Origin: Mobula hypostoma
Lineage: Eukaryota
Assembly (NCBI RefSeq): GCF_963921235.1
Contig: NC_086097.1
Coordinates: forward strand, 16,802,001 to 16,866,000
Direction: 5' to 3'
Length of the DNA: 64,000 bases
A program made the position numbers and the translations under genes. This document shows, piece after piece, positions 60,401-64,000 of this stretch. Every line of letters starts with the position of its first letter. The stretch's first letter is position 1. The notes beneath the pieces were generated by a model that searched no databases, had not been told where the DNA came from, and saw only the letters and a list, made by a program, of their open reading frames with translations.

Positions 60401-60827
60401 ACCCTTTCCCGTGCCTCTTTGTGCTTTTTACAAGGAGGTAACCAGAATTTATTTTACAGGATGTAGACATCACTGATAAGAGTTGTACTCTTTGTGGTGA
60501 AGTTGCACAATGCTGCTTGATAAGGGGTTCCACTGCATAGACCAACAATACTGAAGGAAACGACTTGGAAGTGAATGTGCTGCTGTGGTGTGGTTCTCGC
60601 CTGCTGTTTTGTACTTCTAGGCAGCAGGGGCGGTGGATTGGAAAGACTTGATGAAGAAACTTTGGCATGTTCTGCAGTGCATGTTTGGTACTCACAGCAG
60701 TCACTACAGCGAACGTTTGGTACTCACAGCAGGCTCTACAGTACACGTCATGGATGGTACAGGCAGCACAGTTCAAAGTTCAACACAAGTTTAACATAAT
60801 TACGTTGCTTTTCAATTCCATAATCTC

Positions 60828-60990
60828 TAAGATTAAGACTAGTTTTATTTGTCACATGTACATTGAAACATCAAAACATACAGTGAAATGCGTCATTTGC
60901 GTCAATTCTGCTGGTCAGCCCGCAAGTGTTGCCGTGCTTCTAGACCCAACATAGCTTGCTCCAACATAGCACGCTCACAAATTACTAAAA
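60828..60990 (-). mobile_element. Non-coding repeat, same family as 33406-33650
   Basis: Internal homology within the window. Confidence 0.55.
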
Positions 60991-61065
60991 CTAAATCTCA
61001 CTTTGCTTTTAAATTAATAGGCTTTTTAACTTATATTGCTACTATTGGAGCCATAAATATATGGC

Positions 61066-61470
61066 ATTCAAGACTGTTTGGTGTCATTTCCAGTACACAA
61101 GTGTAAAAGTGCACAAAAACACAATACGTTAAAGAACACAATAATAAATAAGCATAGTTGATATAAATACATAAGATAGCGTATCTACATAGATTGATTG
61201 TATGTCCATAAATTGAGCCAGGGACATAAGGTGACTGTTGGGAAATAATAAAGTAGTGGTGGTTGGGGGTGTGGAGGGGTGGGTCGGTGGGTGGAGGAGT
61301 TGATCAGCCTCACTGCTTGGGGAAAATAACTGTTTTTGAGTCTGGTGGTCCAGGTTGTGGATGCTATGTCGTCTCCTCCCTGATGGGAGTGGAATAAACC
61401 GTCTATGAACGGGATGGGTGGGATCCTTCATGATGTTACTGGCCCTTTTCCAGCACCCTTTTGTATATAC
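61066..61470 (-). mobile_element. Rex1/Babar 3' end
   Basis: RASNIMKDPTHPVH..LPSGRR. Confidence 0.85.
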
Positions 61471-61494
61471 GGGCATCCATACAAATTATTTCAT

Positions 61495-61770
61495 TACAAG
61501 ATTCAAGATTCCTGATCATTTAGTATCATTTCCCGTACACAAGTGTAAAAGAGAATGAAATAACTGTTACTCTGGATCTGATGCAGCACAGAAAAAATCG
61601 CAATAAGATAAAGAACCAATAAAAGCACAATCAATATAAATACATAGGATAGTTTATAAACATAGATTGAATGTATGTCCATAAAGTGATGTTAGGTACA
61701 GGAGTGCCTGTGTATAAGCTGACTGACTGGAATTGATAAAGTAGCAGTGGGGGGGGGGGGAGTGTTGGTG
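61495..61770 (-). mobile_element. Second, related Rex1 3' UTR in tandem
   Basis: Collinear with 61066-61290. Confidence 0.75.
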
Positions 61771-61908
61771 AGTTCCTTTTTTGTCTTTTGAGCTCGTTCA
61801 GACCCTTACTTTCAACACAATATGTGGCCTCATCATTCACTACCTTAACTGGATAGAAACTTTTTTACCAATCACACCCTATCGTATTTTTTGTATTTTT
61901 ATATATTA

Positions 61909-62297
61909 CAGTCATAGAGTCATAGATTCTTATGGTATGGACCCAGACCTCTTGGCATAACTGCCCATGCCAACCAAGAAACCTGCCCAAGGTAGTATTA
62001 GACCTCATTTGCTAGTATTGGACCCGTAGCCTTCTAAACATTTCCTACGTATGTCCCTGTCTAACTGTCTTTTAAAACTTATTTTATACTTGCCTCAGCC
62101 ACATCCCCTGTACCACCCTCTGTGTGGCCCCTTAGGTTTTTACTAAATCTTTCCCCTCTCACCTTAAACCTATGCCCACTGGCTTTTGATTCCCCAGCTC
62201 TGAATAAAAAAGTCTTGAGTGCATTCACCCTATCCATCCCTTTTACAATTTTATACACTTCTTCATGATGGTCTTTCAGTCTCCTGTGCTCCAAGGA
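61909..62297 (-). mobile_element. Old CR1 3' fragment
   Basis: LEHRRLK..EVYKIVKGMDRV..GHRFKVRG; agtcatagagtcatag tail. Confidence 0.85.
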
Positions 62298-62333
62298 TAT
62301 TCATATATTGTCTTCTAGTATTTTAAAAAAATA

Positions 62334-62620
62334 TTTAATTATTTTATTGAGATATAGCGTGGAGTAGGCCTGTCTGGCTCTTCAAGCCATGCGGCCCAGC
62401 AATCTCGTGATATAATTCTAGCCTAATCACGGGGCAATTTACAATAACCAACTAACCTGCCAACTGCTACATCTTTGGACTTTGGGAGGAAACTGGAACA
62501 CCCAAAGGAAGCCCATGTGGACACAGGGAGAATGTACAGACTCTTCATAGGCGTCGCTGGGAATTGAGGCTGGGTCGTCTGTACTGTAGAACACTGTGCT
62601 CACCACTACACTACCATGCC
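62334..62620 (-). mobile_element. HE1-like SINE
   Basis: Reverse homologue of 56736-57011. Confidence 0.85.
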
Positions 62621-62754
62621 ACATTCTTTGTGATAACTCTAAAACTTTTAATTTAGTTTTGCCTGCACATATTGAAATTGTACCTCCCTGCGGTGGTTAT
62701 TTATTGGTAAATGCTTCATTTTGTGCTATCCGAGCTTTTTTATATGAATGCTAC

Positions 62755-63160
62755 CTCATTTTCTCCATTGAGGGGTCAGTGGTGGAAAGTTTGAACAGTT
62801 TCAAGTTCCTGGACACCAGCATCCAAGAGGATTTAGCCCTGGGACCAACACAACACAATCATGACGAAGACGCACCAGCTCCTCTACCTTGTTAGGAGTT
62901 CCAGGAGATTTAGAATGTCACCAAAGACTTCCTGCAGATTTCTATAGATGTACAGTAGAGAGCTTTCTGATAGTTTGCATCACATCCTGGTCTACAGCCT
63001 CCAATGCACAGGATCACCAAAGGCTGAAGAGGGCTGTGGACTCAACCAGCTCCATCAAAGAACAGCTCTCCCCACCATCGAGAATATCTTCAAGAGGCAG
63101 TGCCTCAAGAAGGCAACACCAATCGTTCGGGACCCTCACAGTCTGAAACGTGCCCTTATT
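62755..63160 (+). mobile_element. Old Rex1/Babar fragment (further remnant at ~63385-63480)
   Basis: SFKFLD, FYRCTVESFL..CITSW..AQDHQRLKRAV. Confidence 0.8.
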
Positions 63161-63483
63161 GGATGAGGGGGGAGTTATTTTCCTTGCTTTTTGTAGTTTC
63201 ACTTTACTCTACTTGCTTGTATTTTAATATAATCACCTATATACATGCGATATTTCAGTGAATTTTCCAGTAATTACAGTACAGTTGCTTCTGTATTTTT
63301 CAAGAAACTTCTTAGTTTTCAGTAGCAGGCATCACACTACTTGGATCTGGAAATATTATGGGTTAAACTATTGTCCCACTACCATCTGGAAGGAGATGCA
63401 GAAGCATCAGGATTAGCATTGCAGAATGAGGAAGTTTCTTCCCTCAGGCTGTGAGACCAATAGATACCCTGCCACCATCGAGA

Positions 63484-64000
63484 TCATAGAAACCATAGAA
63501 ACCATAGAAACTATAGCACAGAAACAGGCCTTTTAGCCCTTCTTGGCTGTGCCGAACCATTTTCTGCCTAGTCCCACTGACCTGCACACGGACCATATCC
63601 CTCCATACACCTCCCATCCATGTATCTGTCCAATTTATTCTTAAATGTTAAAAAAGAACCCACATTTACCACCTCGTCTGGCAGCTCATTCCATACTCCC
63701 ACCACTCTCTGTGTGAAGAAGCCCCCACTAATGTTCCCTTTAAATTTTTCCCCCCTCACCCTAAACCCATGTCCTCTGGTTTTTTTCTCCCCTTGCCTCA
63801 GTGGAAAAAGTCTGCTTGCATTCACTCTATCTATACCCATCATAATTTTATATACCTCTATCAAATCTCCCCTCATTCTTCTACGCTCCAGGGAATAAAG
63901 TCCCAACCTATTCAATCTTTCTTTGTAACTGAGTTTCTCAAGTCCCGGCAACATCCTTGTAAACCTTCTCTGCACTCTTTCAACCTTATTTATATCCTTC
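63484..64000 (-). mobile_element. CR1 3' end running off the window
   Basis: VQRRFTRMLPGL..LERRRMRGDLIEVYKIM, stop at 63568; (accatagaa)n tail. Confidence 0.95.

Noticed and set aside
60683..60745. Direct repeat gtttggtactcacagcag with a 32-bp period (CRISPR-like?)
   Set aside because: Only two units with similar spacers, eukaryotic context and no cas genes; a local duplication, probably in a decayed LINE

Overview
Eukaryotic, intron/intergenic-type DNA made mostly of transposable elements, with no confidently recognisable host gene, rRNA, tRNA gene or CRISPR array. The repeat complement is typical of a cartilaginous fish, probably a ray (inference): HE1-like tRNA SINEs with CR1-type tails, many CR1 LINEs, Rex1/Babar LINEs, Penelope-like elements (PLE), RTE, Dong/R4, a decayed Ingi/Vingi-like LINE, Tc1, a hAT MITE and a Gypsy RNase H scrap, often nested. 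Most long ORFs in the track are retroelement fragments, their antisense shadows or junction chimeras. The most notable structure is a set of PLE 3' ends carrying minimal type I hammerhead ribozymes (AGTC-CTGANGA-AGG..CCT-GAAA-CG-TC-GACT). Five TSD-flanked fold-back mini-insertions derive from these ends, and one (56376-56641) has an intact hammerhead on each strand. Also notable: a Dong/R4 element inside a (TAA)n tract, an almost perfect 1.1 kb inverted CR1 pair, and non-coding elements that share only the Rex1 3' tail. Family calls come from visual motif recognition, not database searches. Boundaries of old elements are approximate.
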